From assembly GCA_026770705.1 (NCBI GenBank), contig JANJGN010000002.1, forward strand, positions 179,118,001-179,182,000: a stretch of 64,000 nucleotides of DNA, read 5' to 3'. Shown one piece after another: positions 23,620-36,381 of this stretch. The notes under the pieces are model-generated. The model did not search any database. It was not told the origin of the DNA and saw nothing but the letters and a program-made list of their open reading frames with translations. Positions within the stretch are counted from its first letter, which is position 1. Every line of letters starts with the position of its first letter. The translations under genes and the position numbers were made by a program. Source of the stretch: Isurus oxyrinchus (lineage: Eukaryota).

Positions 23620-26095
23620 CCTCATTAAACAATATCTGCTAGCAATAAAAAGGTCAGCTCATCAGGCTCAGCCGGCCAGCCAAGCGTAAAAGACAAAACA
23701 TAAAACAAAAAAACTGCGGATGCTGGAAATCCAAAACAAAAACAGAATTACCTGGAAAAACTCAGCAGGTCTGGCAGCATCGGTGGGGAAGAAAAGAGTT
23801 GACGTTTCGAGTCCTCATGACCCTTCGACAGAACTAAAAGGTCAGCTCATCAGGCTCAGCCGGCCAGCCAAGCGTAAAAGACAAAACATAAAACAAAAAA
23901 ACTGCGGATGCTGGAAATCCAAAACAAAAACAGAATTACCTGGAAAAACTCAGCAGGTCTGGCAGCAGTGGCGGGAAAGAAAAGAGAAAGGTCATGAGGA
24001 CTCGAAGCGTAAAAGACAGCCTATCATCAAGCATGCAGCACCCTTCAACATAAACCAAGGAACATTCAAAATGACTGGTGGATCACACTTGCGGAAAAAA
24101 CTCAACTGTATGCTGATAACTGTGATAAAAGCTTCTATTAGGCACTAAAATCTGCCAATGGACCAGTATATCAAACCAAAAACCCCCTGAGGAACGCCAG
24201 TGGTAAGAAACCACACACTGACAAGGAGTCAATCTTGGATCACTGGCCGGAGTACTTTGAAACACTCTTCAGTGTCAAGTGCACAGTGTATGATAATGCC
24301 ATCAACCGCATCCAACAACTGCCTGTCAAAGAAGAACTGGATGAAAGGCCAACTCTGGAGGAAACTGTGTCGCCATCAACCAGATGAACAGCAACAAAAC
24401 TCCCAGAGTCGATGGAATTCCATTGGAACCCTTGAAACATTGTGGTCCTGCCCTATATACCAGGTTTTATGAGTTATTCATGGCCTGCTGGGAACAGGGC
24501 AGGATTCCACAGGATCTTTGTGATGTCATTATCATCACCTTGTACAAAAATAAAGGAGAAGGATCAGACTGCTCCACTTACCATGGGATCACTCTCCTTT
24601 CTATTGCTGAGAAGATCCTGTCTAGAATACTTCTGAGCAGGCTTATACCTACCATTGCGGGAAAAAACCTCATGGACAGCCAGTGTGGCTTCGAAACAAA
24701 CAGAGGCACCACAGGCATGATATTTGTACTCGGACAAATACAAGAAAAATGTCATGAGCAAAACAAAGGCCTGAGGCTTTGTAAACCTCACCAAGGCATT
24801 CGACACTGTGAGCAGTGAAGACTTTAGAAAATCCTTGAAAAACATAGATGCCCACCCAGGTTCCTGGCCATGGTGAAGCAGCTTCAGCAAAAATCAATAT
24901 GGACAAGTCAAGCACAGCAGCAACTTCTCAAGTCCCTTCCGGATCTCCAGTGGCATGAAGCAGGGATGTGTGCTTGCCCCGACCTTATTCACCATCGTTA
25001 GCATGATGCTGCAGCAGGCAACGGAAGACCTTGAGGGAATTTACGTACACTTCCAGATTGACTGAGGTTTTTTCAACCTCGGGCATCTTTAGGATCACAT
25101 AAAGACACAAGAAAAATGCATCCATGGACTTCTTTTTACTGAAGACCTCACTCTCCCGGCCCACAGTCAATGAGACCTGCAACGTATAACAACATGTTTT
25201 TCCGAGGTGGCGCCAACTCTTCAGACTAAAATTCAGATTAAAGAAAACTTGAAGTCCTGCATCAGCCTGCACCCCAAGAATAATATAGACCACCAAGCAT
25301 TGTCATCAAGGGAATTGAGCTGAATGCTGTCAAACAGTTTACCTGTTTGGGGAGCATCATCTCGTATGCTACCATAGACAAGGAAGGGGACTATAGACTT
25401 TCAAAAGCAAACAATGCATTCGGCAGACTCTACACTCAAGTGTGGAACAACCACAACCTCAGAGCACAAACCAAGCTCGAAGTGTACAAAGCTGCAATCC
25501 TCACCACTCTTCTGTATGACACCGAGTCATGGGACCTGTACCGCTGCCACATACACCTTCTGGAGTCCTTCAATCAGCGCTGCCACTGCATTATGAACAT
25601 TAAAGACCTGGAAACAGCCTTCGCCAGTATTGAGGTGATCCTCCTGCAAAGCCAACTGCATTGGGCAGGTCACATTGCCCAGATGGGCGACACCAGCCAA
25701 GTGGATGACACGTGTCATGCAGAGAGCTGACCACTTGTAAACGGAACAGAGCAGCCCCAGGCAAACGTTTCAAGGACTCCTGAGGAAGTCGGTCTCTGTG
25801 TGCCAGATCGACCATCACCAGTGGGAAGCGCAGGCTATAGATTTTGACGCCAGGAGATGCCACATCGGGAGTGCTACAGACACCTTTGAGACTGAGCAAA
25901 GAGCCAGCATGAAAGAGAAAAGGAGGAGAAGGAAAGATCCTATTGCTCTCATCAGTGGCTGCACCTTCGCCTGCACTGCTGTGGGAGGATCTGCCAGTCA
26001 CAGGTAGACCTGACTAGCCACCAGCGGGCCTGCAACTGATGAGGAGAAAAATACAACTTTCCATAAAATCTTCATCCATGAAGAAATGCCAAGAA
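23620..26095 (+). mobile_element. degraded RTE-clade LINE interrupted by Penelope terminal repeats
   Basis: RT motifs IITLYKNKGEGSDCSTYHGITLLSIAEKILSRILL, SQCGF, KAFDTV, GMKQGCVLAPTLF and QLHWAGHIAQM. Confidence 0.9.
23696..24004. mobile_element. complex Penelope family-1 terminal-repeat insertion with 14-bp TSD and an internal copy of target flank
   Basis: AAGCGTAAAAGACA at 23682-23695 and 24005-24018. Two reverse terminal repeats are separated by a copy (23836-23884) of the upstream flank. Confidence 0.85.
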
Positions 26096-26384
26096 CTTAA
26101 AATATGAAATTCAAACAGAAAACACTGGAATTACCCAGCAGGTCTGCCAGCATCTACAGGGCGAAACAGAGCTGATGTTTTAAGTCGATGACTTTTTTCT
26201 CTCTCTCCATGGATGCTACCAGAACTGCTGAAAGATTCTAGAATTTTGTGTTTATTTCAAATTTTCTGCATCTGCAGTGTTTTGCTTTTGAACTACTAGA
26301 AATATTTCAATTACACATTCTTTGTACTTTGTAGTGGATTCATTTAACCAAAATCTTAATATTAAATGAAGTCTTTAACAATGG

Positions 26385-26736
26385 TTGTGTTGTGGTTAAT
26401 GGACCAGTAATCCAGAGAATAAGAATTCAAATCTTAGCATGGAAGTTTTATTAAAACAAGCAAGGATCTTTTTTCAATCTGGAACTAAAAAGCTGGCGTA
26501 GGTAGCTGTTGGGTTGTTGTAAAATCCAATTCATATTACATAGGGAAGGAAACATGATGTCTTTGTCTGTTTTGGCCTTTGTGACCCCAGTTCCACACCA
26601 ACACAGTTGACTCTTAATTGTTCTTTTAAGTGGCCAAGCTGCTCGGTTTTAATTCAGGAAGGCCCACCACCTCTCAAGGGCAACTTTGGATGGGCAATGA
26701 ATGCTAGCCTTGCCCAAATCCTGTGAAAGAAAATAA
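26385..26736 (+). mobile_element. SINE sharing head, middle and tail with the LINE at 39125-45460
   Basis: Head GGACCAGTAATCCAGAG..GAATTCAAATC, middle AGGGAAGGAAA..GACTCTTAA, tail GATGGGCAATGAATGCTAGCC..CCTGTGAA. Confidence 0.75.
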
Positions 26737-26933
26737 TGTCCCAAAGGTCTTTCGTCCGCTAAACATAGCCCAGTTTAGGGGTCATGAGCGAACACATTGA
26801 GAAATTGAACTTGGACCCAAAATGGGCAACAAGGCAGCCAAGCTGTTACTTCACACCGTGGCCTTATTGAAAATTGGACTTGAGCATATTTAACATTAAA
26901 CTAACGGGCTGTCACAGCAGTTGTCCTGATGTG

Positions 26934-27385
26934 TCATAGAAGTCTACAGCACAGAAAAAGGCCCTTCAGCCCGTTGAGTTTGCGCCGGTCAAATAAGTAC
27001 CGAACTATTCTAGTCCCATTTTCCAGCACTAGGCCCATGGCCTTGTATGCCATGGCTTCGCAAATGCACATCCAAATACTTCTTAAACTACTTATGAGGG
27101 TTTCTGCCTCTACCACCAGTTCAGGAAGTGAGTTCCAGATTCCCACCGCCCTCTGGATGAAAAAATTCTTCCTCATATCCCCTCTAAATCTCCTGCCCCT
27201 TACCTTAAATCTATGCTCCCTGGTTACTGATCCCTCCACCAAGGGGAAAAGTTCCTTCCTGTCTACCCTATCTATACCCCTCATAATGTTATACACCTCA
27301 ATCATATCCCTCCTCAACCTCCTCTGCACTGGGGAAAATAACCCCAATCTATCCAATCTCTCCTCATAACTAAAACTCTCCAGCC
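26934..27385 (-). mobile_element. CR1 LINE 3' fragment
   Basis: RLGLFS..RRLRRDMIEVYNIMRG..FFIQRAVGIWNSLP. Confidence 0.88.
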
Positions 27386-28356
27386 CTCCATTGTCTCACC
27401 CCTCCCTATCTCTGTAAACTCCTTCAGTCCTACAACCAATGTTGCTTCTCAGCTGTGTGTGTGTGCATGGATGTTCAGCAACCTGGAAGGTACCATGCAG
27501 GCACTAACAATCCTTGGAATTATCTATTCTATAAAGCTGTGGATGCTCGTTTTTGGGTATATACAAGGCAGAGGTTAATAGATTTTTGGGCACTAAGGGA
27601 ATGGAGGGATATGTGGATAGTATAGGAAGATGGAATTGAAATAGAAGATCTGCATGAACTTTTTGAATGGTAGAGAAGGCTCAAAGGGCCAAATAGCCTA
27701 CTCCAGCTCCTATTCCTTATGCAACGCCATGGCTGAGGCCATATGAGAGAACAGGCCAGAACCCTTACCCCACTATTCGTGATGATTCACGGCCAGAATG
27801 GCTCCTGTGTGCTCAACAGGCATAAAACATCAGCAATAAGAATGTAGCTTTATAAGCAAAACTTACATTATTGTTAATTTTATTTTATTAATATAGATGT
27901 AAGGTAAGAGTTTCTCAGAAGATGATTGGGATAATTTTATAATATTGGAATGGTTCAGATAAACATGTTCTCTTGTATTTATAATATGAAAATGCCTATA
28001 ATTTTTCTGGCATGAATTAATAATTTCCTGATATTTAATTTAAAAAGAGTATAAATTTATAACATTTAGTAGCAAAAAAGCAGCAAAATGTTTACAGTTT
28101 CTATAAGTTCCCATTAATTCTGATGAGTATTTTTTGCAATGCCGAGTGAAAGCGGGTAGGGTGGGACTGGCAGGTAATCCACAGGATCTGTTGCCCCACA
28201 GTAAGAGGCCTGCAGACCAGCAGGTTTGGTGCAGCCAGCTTCACCTACTCTCTGACCTGTCGCCTTTTGATTGATGGGAGAGGTGAGCTGCCAATCCTTT
28301 CAGTATATCATGAGTTAAAGCGCTTTCTGAGTGGCTCAATTAACCAGGGATCCAGG

Positions 28357-29375
28357 TCAATGCCAAGGGGCGGGGCGGAGCTGCGTGTCCTCCAGCTGGA
28401 CATTGACTTCTAAAGGCTGGAGCAACTTTTTTTTCCTGAGCAGCCAGCTGCAAGATTTCCTCCCACAGAGTAAGTACAGAATAGGGTTGATGCAGCTGTC
28501 GAAGCTGAGAAGACTTGGTAAAGAACACTGACAGACTGCAGCGTGGTGCAGTTTCGGACCATATAGGCCTGAATGAAGAGGTAAATTATGCGGGTGATGT
28601 GAAATGGCACCAAACAAACCACCAGCAGAGCACAGATGGCCAGAATGGTGCAGATCAACTTGGTCCTTGCTGGTTTCCCCACTAGAGGGTTGTCTCCACA
28701 TGTAATGAGTGTCTTCAGAATGGAGCAGTAGCACAAGGTTATTATTGTAAAAGGCATAAAAAAGCCCGTCACGGTTAACGTTACCCCATAGGGGAAATAG
28801 CTGAAGAAATTCTCAGGACCTGTCAGGTCAAAACCGACGGCCCGATTGCGCATTCCCCCTGCCTGTGCATTGATAGAGGTGGGTAATGCTTCCATTATGA
28901 CTATAAACCAAGCAGCGATGCTGCCCATGATAGCTAGTTTCCAAGTCCTCCACTTCAGAGATTTCATAGGGAAACAAAGGCCCAAGTAGCAGTGGACACT
29001 GGTACAAGTCAGGAACATAATGCTCCCATACATATTGGCATAGAAACAGAAGCGGACTTGTTTGCAGAGGAAGTCTCCGAAGGGCCACTTGTCCTTCCAG
29101 GTGTAGTTCATGATCAACAAGGGGAGAGAAAGGACATGCAGCAGGTCTGCGACTGCCAGGTTAGTCAAATAAATGATGGTGCAGCTCCATGTCTTAGTCT
29201 GACAGCAAGATAACCACAGCACTGTCCCATTGGATAGCAAGCCCAGAATGACTACTACGCTGTAAATCATGGGTAACAAGATGTGTTTGTAGTTTTCATG
29301 CAAAGGACACAGAGAATCCACTGGGGCAATCAATTGATATGAGTTGTCAGGATCAAGAATTCTGCCTCCATCCAT
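28357..29375 (-). pseudogene. intronless P2Y3/P2Y6-like purinergic GPCR, probable pseudogene
   Basis: 7TM motifs NLAVADLL, WPFGDFLCK, YANMYGSIMFLTC and PFHITR. TM7 (SFDSCINPILY) is out of frame after a deletion at ~28510. HRY has become HCY and the ECL2 Cys is missing (GFDLT). Confidence 0.88.
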
Positions 29376-29914
29376 GGCACGCAAAGTCACCCTGTTGCTT
29401 GTCTCTTGTGTCCATTTGTTTTTTAAGGTTGTCTTCAGAAGGTGGGTCTTCTGTGTTACGGATTTAAAACACTGACCTGGTGGTAACCAGCAGGAGGTTT
29501 CTATCCCCATGTTTGACCTGATGTCCATGACATTTCATGGGATGTGGAATCAAATGTATACCACTGTGCTGTCAAATCTGCTGGGTCTATCCTGCTGGTG
29601 GAGCAGGATGCACCCAATAATAGATATGGAGGAACTTGGGACATTTAACTCTTTGTACTATGATGGAAATCAAGAAGCCAGTGCCATGCAAAATCTTAGA
29701 TAACATTTTTTTTTGCTGTGGGGAGTTTGTAGCGCATTCTTTAATGAGATAAAATGCTTATTGGATTGAATAACTTATTGAAGTCATCTATCTTGGTCTA
29801 ATAAATAATGGTAGACAGGGCAAAAGGTAGTTGGTAAATGAGCAATGTAGTACAATGGGTGCAACCCATTGATGAGGTAAAGTAGGTTTTTGAGGCTCAT
29901 CAGTGATTCTTCTC

Positions 29915-31500
29915 AGTTTTTGCATTTGCAGCATTTGATTACCTAGTAAGTAGCTAAGTTTCCTGTCTGTTCTGTAGATTATCTCCATGCCTGTGGATAA
30001 TTTGCTTGGGGTGAGGTGAGGTACAGTATGCAGTGAGGAAAACGGTGAAGAGAGTTGGTGCAAGGAGACAACCTGGTTCAACCCCGGTCTTCACTGAGAT
30101 CAGGTTTTGGTTCGGTTGGTGTGGATCATGGCTTGCAGGTCATTCTGGACTAGGTGGAGGATGGTGACAAATTTCTAAGGAGGGGCAAGTTTGAGGAGGA
30201 TACTCCATAATCCCTCATGGTTGACAGAATCAAAGGCTTTCTTGAAGTCAAAATGGGCCATGTACAGCAGTTGGTGCTGTTTGTTCCTTTTTTCTTGAAT
30301 TTGCCATGCAGTGAGGATCATGTCTGTGATGTCTCTCAATGATTAAAAACCGCACTGCGACACTAGAAGGAGCTCTATAGCTGTGGGGAGGAAGCGATTG
30401 AGGAAGATTCTTACAATGATCCTCCCTGTGGCAGACAGCAGGAAGACACCACTGTAATTACCACAATCAGAATTGTCTCCCTTCTCAAATATCGTCACAA
30501 TCACAGTGTCTCTGAGATCCCCTGGCTTGCATTCCTCTTCCCAAATGAGTGATTTGAAGTTGTACAGCTAGGCAGGAGTGTATCTCTGCCAAGTTTCAGA
30601 ATTTTAACAGGGATTCCATTGGCTCCAGAGGCCTTATTGTTTTTCACTGTGTGTGTACTCACTCAGAGATTCAGGTCATTGTTAGCACCTTCTCTGAAGC
30701 ATATGAGAAAACAGGCCTTTCACCCAGAAAACCAACCAGCTCACACTGCATAACAGCTCCCCCATCAATTAAGATCAATGGAGAGATCCTGGAAAATATA
30801 GACTATTTTCCATATTTTGGAAGCCTTCTCTTGGTGAAGGAAGACATAGACAACAAGATTCATTTTCACCTCCAATATGTCAGTTCAGCCCCTGGCCCAC
30901 TGAGGAAAAGAGTATTTGAGGACCAGGATATCAAACCAAAGGCTAAGGTCACGGTTTACCAGGCAGCGTTGATCCCCATGTTCCTTTCTGCTTCGGAGAC
31001 TGGGGCAAATCTACAGCAGGCACCTTAAAGCATCGGAGAAGCACCATCAGTGGCAAGAAAGGCAGTCTAACAGCAGCATCCTCTCCCAAGCCAACTTGCC
31101 CAGCATCAAGGCACAAATCACTCAAAACAGCACCACTGGGTGGGACATGTCATTCATATGCCTGATACCAGATTCCCAAAACAAATGTTCTGCTCAGAAC
31201 TTTGATCATGACAGGAGACTCCCAGGAGGATGTTGGGACTCATGGGAGGTCCTGACTTGTGACCAACCAAAATGGAGAAGGTTTATTCAGGAAGGCACTG
31301 ATCACATCGAGAGACTTTGGGAACACACACAGGTGAAGGGCGCAAGCCTCCAACTCCTTGTGCCGACCCTTCAAGCACCACCTGCCCTGCATGTGACAGA
31401 ATTTGCAGATTGCGCATTGGGTTTATCAGCCATCTCAGAGTCTATCAGATTGGAGTGGAAACAAGTTATCCACTACCTGGGACTGCCTGAGAAGAAGTAG
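29915..31500. mobile_element. RTE-clade LINE with inverted 5' segment
   Basis: 29915-30645 (-) encodes TDMILTAWQIQEK..FDFKKAFDSVN..MEIIYRTDRKL. 30650-31500 (+) continues CTHSEIQ..IKINGEILENIDYFPYFGSLL. Confidence 0.8.
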
Positions 31501-31652
31501 CTACAATTTTATGCTGAAATGCTTCAGTTTGGAGGGTATACATTAAATGTGTTCATTTGTTAGAATGGGTCAAGAACTGGAATTTTCCTCATGATAGAAT
31601 GATGGGCAGGTTTAACCTGGATTTAAAGCTGCAAAACCAAAGCTGTTTGGTA

Positions 31653-31755
31653 TTCTGTCGAAGGGTCATGAGGACTTGAAACGTCAACTCTTTTCTTCTC
31701 CGCCGATGCTGCCAGACCTGCTGAGTTTTTCCAGGTAATTCTGTTTTTGTTTTGG
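31653..31755 (+). mobile_element. short Penelope family-1 terminal repeat fragment
   Basis: TTCTGTCGAAGGGTCATGAGGACTTGAAACGTC...CCAGGTAATTCTGTTTTTGTTTTGG. Confidence 0.85.
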
Positions 31756-31974
31756 TATACTGCCAGGTCGCCATCTAGTGGTTATTTCTTACATAGATTG
31801 TTCAATGTAGTTGCCATTGTCTATTTGAATATTAGACTACAGAATGGGAAGATGTTCTTTCTCATACTATGTTCATTTTGCTGATTTGTATTTCCGTTGT
31901 ACAGGACTGAGTGTGTGACCTCAATGGAGTATGAGAGTTTGGCGATCTGATGGAAACTTAAATATCTGAAAATC

Positions 31975-34900
31975 TAATATTGCTGAAAAAAGTGACGTCT
32001 AAGCTTTTTGTCTTGCATTCACAAGAATACTAATATAAGGGGGAAAGCAACAATTTATACTGCATGTGAAAAGTGTGCTGGTTGGTTGGCAAGTGGCACG
32101 GCCATGGAGAATGCACCACTGATGGTGACTGACAGTTAACTGCCAAGCATTGTTTGAAATTTAAACAAGGCAGCTTGACTCAGATTGGTCAAGGCCTCAC
32201 CCTGAGGAATGAGTCAGCAAATGGCTGTCATTTATTTTGTTTAGCTGAAACAGGCACAAGGTGTGTACATGTTCTTCCTGTCTGCAAAGAACAGGGCCCT
32301 CTGTATTAATATATGTAGCTTCCAGCACATGCAAATGCATCACATTGTGAGCCCGACTGGCAATCTTAAACTGGTTGTCAGCGTAATTCTTAGCACATTG
32401 AGGATTATTTAGCAAATGTTGTCCAATTGTGGAATCACATCTAATGTTGGACATTGTGTTTTGAGATTTGCAAGCACGGGCTGGTTGGGGTCTGTACCTT
32501 GTCCATTGCGAACAGCAGTTGGGACATGCTGTTTGATATGATCTGCCAGTCTTTGGGACATACGACCTACATACCTAGCATCACACTGGCGCTGAAATTC
32601 ATATACCAGATTACTCCTTTTACTGTTAGGCAGAACACCTTTTTGGCTTGATGGCAGCACCCAGTTAGTAGCAAATATCACTTGTGTTGCTACTGTCTAG
32701 TAGCAGCGTGAAACAGCTAGTTTCACCTGTTACTCAGGTTTTTGAGATATCTAGCCCTTCCAGGGTAATTTGAGGTAGACTGGGCACTTTTATGGGCTGA
32801 AAGTGATGGCCTTGTGATGTGTTCATGTGTTTGTGTGATATACAGTGTGAAATGATCTGATCAGGGTAGCCATTATCCTGAAAGATGCCTTTGATGCACT
32901 CTATTTCAGTATCAAGCTTGCATGGTGATCAAATGGCTCGGGCCCTAATGACAAGGTTGCCGATAGGACCAACCTTATGTCTGGAACTGTAAGAATCCCA
33001 ATGCCTATATTGACCAGTGAAGGTAGGCTTGCAGTAGACGGTGGTAAAGAACACCCTGGCATATTTCTCATTTAGTATGTCAAGGAAGGGGAGGCCATTT
33101 GACTGGTCCATTTGAAAGGTGAATTTGAGCACAGGATGGAACCCATTAAGACATGTAAGGAAATTGTTACATGCAGTTGCAGATTTAAATGTAGTGAATG
33201 TATTATCCGCATATCAGAAATATGCGAGGGGTAGGGGGTTAGGTGTCATTCCATCAAAGGCGCGTTTCTCATGGAACCCAACAAAGATGTTTGTGAGAGC
33301 TGGCCTAGATGGGATCTCATGGCAACACTGTCTATTTGGGTATACATGGTGTCATTGAAACTGAACACAACTGCGTGAGTTGTCGAGTTCATAACTCCAA
33401 TGAATATTGATTCATGCAATGGTGGCAGGTCTAGATCACTATGATATGGTGTTGCAGTGCAAGTATCTGTGGCCTCATTAAGTGGATCATTGCTAGCCTA
33501 TTCACCAATGTCAAATGAGCACATGGACACAGCATTGCTATCGATATGAAAGTCCTGTATGACCTTCGCAAATGTGAAGGAGTCCTTCACCGTGTATGTA
33601 GAAAATTTGGTCAAAGCTGGTGTAACAATTCACCCAGCCATTTGGCTAATTCATGTTGTGCAGAACTTTTGATCCCTTTCACTCCAAGAGCTATATCTAA
33701 CTCCTTCTTGAAAGCATACAATGTTTTGGTCTCAACTACTTTCTGTGGTAACGAATTCCACAGGCTCACCACTCTCTGGATGAAGAAATTTCTCCTCATC
33801 TCAGTCCTAAATGGTCTACCCCATATCCTCAGACTGTGAAACCTTTGTTTCTGGACTCCCCCACCATCGAGAACATCCTTCCTGCATCTACCCTGTCTAG
33901 TCCTGTTAGAATTTTACAGGTTTCTGAGATTCCCCTCATTCTTCTGAACTCCACCAAATATAATCCTAATCGACTCGATCTCTCCTCATATGTCAGTCCC
34001 GCCATCCCAGGAATCAGTCGGGTAAACCTTCGCTGCACTCCCTCTATAGCAAGTACATCCTTCCTCAGATAAGGAGACCAAAACTGCACACAATATTCCA
34101 GGTGTGGTCTCACCAAGGCCCTGCACAATTGCAGCAAGACATCCCTGTTCCTGTACTGGAATCCTCTGGCTATGAAGGCCAACATACCATTTGTCTTCTT
34201 TATCGTCTGCTGCACCTGCATGCTTACCTTCAGCGACTGGTGTACAAGACACCCAGGTCTCGTTGCACATTCCCCTCTCTCAATTTATAGCCATTCAGAT
34301 AATAATCTGTTTTCATGTTTTTGCCACCAAAGTGGATAACCTCACATTTATCCACATTATCCTGCATCTGCCATACGTTTGCCCACTCACTCACCTTGTC
34401 CAAATCATACTGAAGCATCTCTGCATCCTCCTCACAGCTCACACTCCCACCCTGCTTTGTGTCATCTGCGAATTTGGAGATATTACATTTAATTCCCTCA
34501 TCTAAATCATTAATATATATTGTGAATAACTGGGGTCCCAGCACTGATCCCTGCGGTACCCCACTAGTCACTGCCTGCCATTCGGAAAAAGACTTGTTTA
34601 TTCCTACTCTTTGTTTCCTGTCTGCCAACCAATTTTCTATCTATCTCAATTCACTACCCCCAATCCCATGTGCTTTAATTGTACACGTCAATCTCTTATG
34701 TGGGACTTTGTCGAAAGCCTTCCGCAAGTCCAAATAAACCACATCCACTGGCTCCCCTCGTCAACTCTACTGGTTACATTCTTGAAAAATTCCAGTAGAT
34801 TTGTCAAGCATGATTTCCCTTTCGTAAATCCATGCTGACTCTGTCCAATTCTGCCACTGTTTTCCACGTGCTCAGCTATTAAATCTTTTATAATGGACAC

Positions 34901-36262
34901 TAGAATTTTCCCCACTTCCGACATCAGGCTGACTGGTCTATAATTCCCTGTTTTCTCTCTGCCTCTCTTTTTTAAATAGTGGGGTTACTTTAGCTGCCCT
35001 CCAATCTGTAGGAACTGTTCCAGAGTCAAAAGAATCTCAGAAGATGACCACCAATGCATCCACTATTTCTAAGGTGACTTCCTTAAGTACTCTGGGATGT
35101 AGATTATCAGACCCTGGGATTTATCGGCCTTCAATCCCATCAATTTCCCCAACACCATTTCCCTATTAATACTCATTTTGTTCAGTTCCTCCCTCTCACT
35201 AAACCCTGTGTTCCCCAACATTTCTGGTATGTTACTAGTGTCCTTCTTTGTTAAGGATGACTATTCCCGTCCCTTTGTCAGCTGTACCGATGTCTATGTC
35301 TGGCTTGGTCTTAAGGCCTCACAACCCTGAAAGACATTTGCGTTCCATGGAAAGTTGGACTGTTCATTCGGAATCCCGCAATATAGTTGTGCTAGATCAG
35401 CTAGTCACGCTTTCAAGAATTCAGCATCTTCACTGGACGCTGGTTTGTAGTGGGATAGTTGGGAATAGCAGAGTTTGAACGAAGCAGATACCTCTTCCTG
35501 TTTGATTTGGGATGAAGGCACACCAAAATTGAAACCATGCACAAGAACAAACTCCTCACTTTCTGAGGAGCATGTACTCGAGTCCTCTGGCTATGAAGGC
35601 CAACATACCATTTGCCTTCTTTACCACTCTCGCATGATCAGAGAGATGTTTTTCACATACATGGTGAAGGACTCCTTCACATTTGCAAAGAGCATACAGG
35701 ACTTGCATGTCGATAGCAATGCTGTGTCCATGCGATCATTTGACATTAAAAGCCTATTCACCAATGTTCCACTTAAGGAAGCCATAGATATTTGCACTGC
35801 AACACTATATAATGGTGATCTAGGCCCGCCACCATTGCGTGAATCAGTATTCATTGAAATTATGAACTGGCCACTTGTCAGTCGGGCTCACAATGTGGCA
35901 CATTTGCATGTGCTGGAAGCTACGTATATTAAACACAGGGTCTTGTTCTTTGCAGACAGACAGAACATGTACATACATCGTACATGTTTCAGCTAAACAA
36001 AATAAGTGACATCCATTCGCTGACTCATTCCTCAGGGCAATGCCTTAATCAATCTGAGTCAAGCTGCCTTGTTTAAATTTCAAACAATACTTGGCAATTA
36101 ACTGTCAATCACCATCAGTGGTGCATTCTCCATGGCAGTGCCACTTGCCAACCAATCAGCACTCTCTTCACATACTGTAAATTGTTGTTTTCCTCTTATA
36201 TTGGTATCTTTGTGAATGTACTGATGCTTTGACGTGTCTCTCTTTCCATCAATACTCAAGTC
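31975..36262. mobile_element. Penelope-like family 2, degraded tail-out inverted structure interrupted by a CR1
   Basis: The minus arm 31975-33664 has GIY-YIG (SNLVYEFQRQCDARYVGRMSQRLADHIKQH) and RT remnants (LPFLDIL, YCKPTFTG). The plus arm 35248-36262 has SFDIKSLFTNVP and the same terminal repeat. Confidence 0.8.
33665..35247 (-). mobile_element. CR1 LINE, 5'-truncated ORF2
   Basis: SQHGFTKGKSCLTNLLEFF, SGVPQGSVLGPQLFTIYINDLD, KFADDTK and LVRPHLEYCVQFWSP. Confidence 0.92.
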
Positions 36263-36313
36263 TTGTACTACTAAGCGACTATTAAAATTCTAATGTTGTT
36301 TGTATTTAATGTA

Positions 36314-36381
36314 TGACTGCAAGTACCGTTTGACTGAAAGTATCATTTGACTGCAAGTAGCATTTGACTGCAAGTACAGTT
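36314..36381 (+). repeat. four tandem ~17-bp units (TGACTGCAAGTAnnnTT)
   Basis: TGACTGCAAGTACCGTT TGACTGAAAGTATCATT TGACTGCAAGTAGCATT TGACTGCAAGTACAGTT, just upstream of the CR1 5' region. Confidence 0.85.

Noticed and set aside
29376-29528. 51-aa N-terminal extension of the P2Y-like ORF
   Set aside because: The receptor-like sequence fits a start at 29375; nothing supports the upstream ATG.
36314-36381. CRISPR-like array
   Set aside because: These are contiguous 17-bp tandem units without unique spacers, in eukaryotic LINE context.
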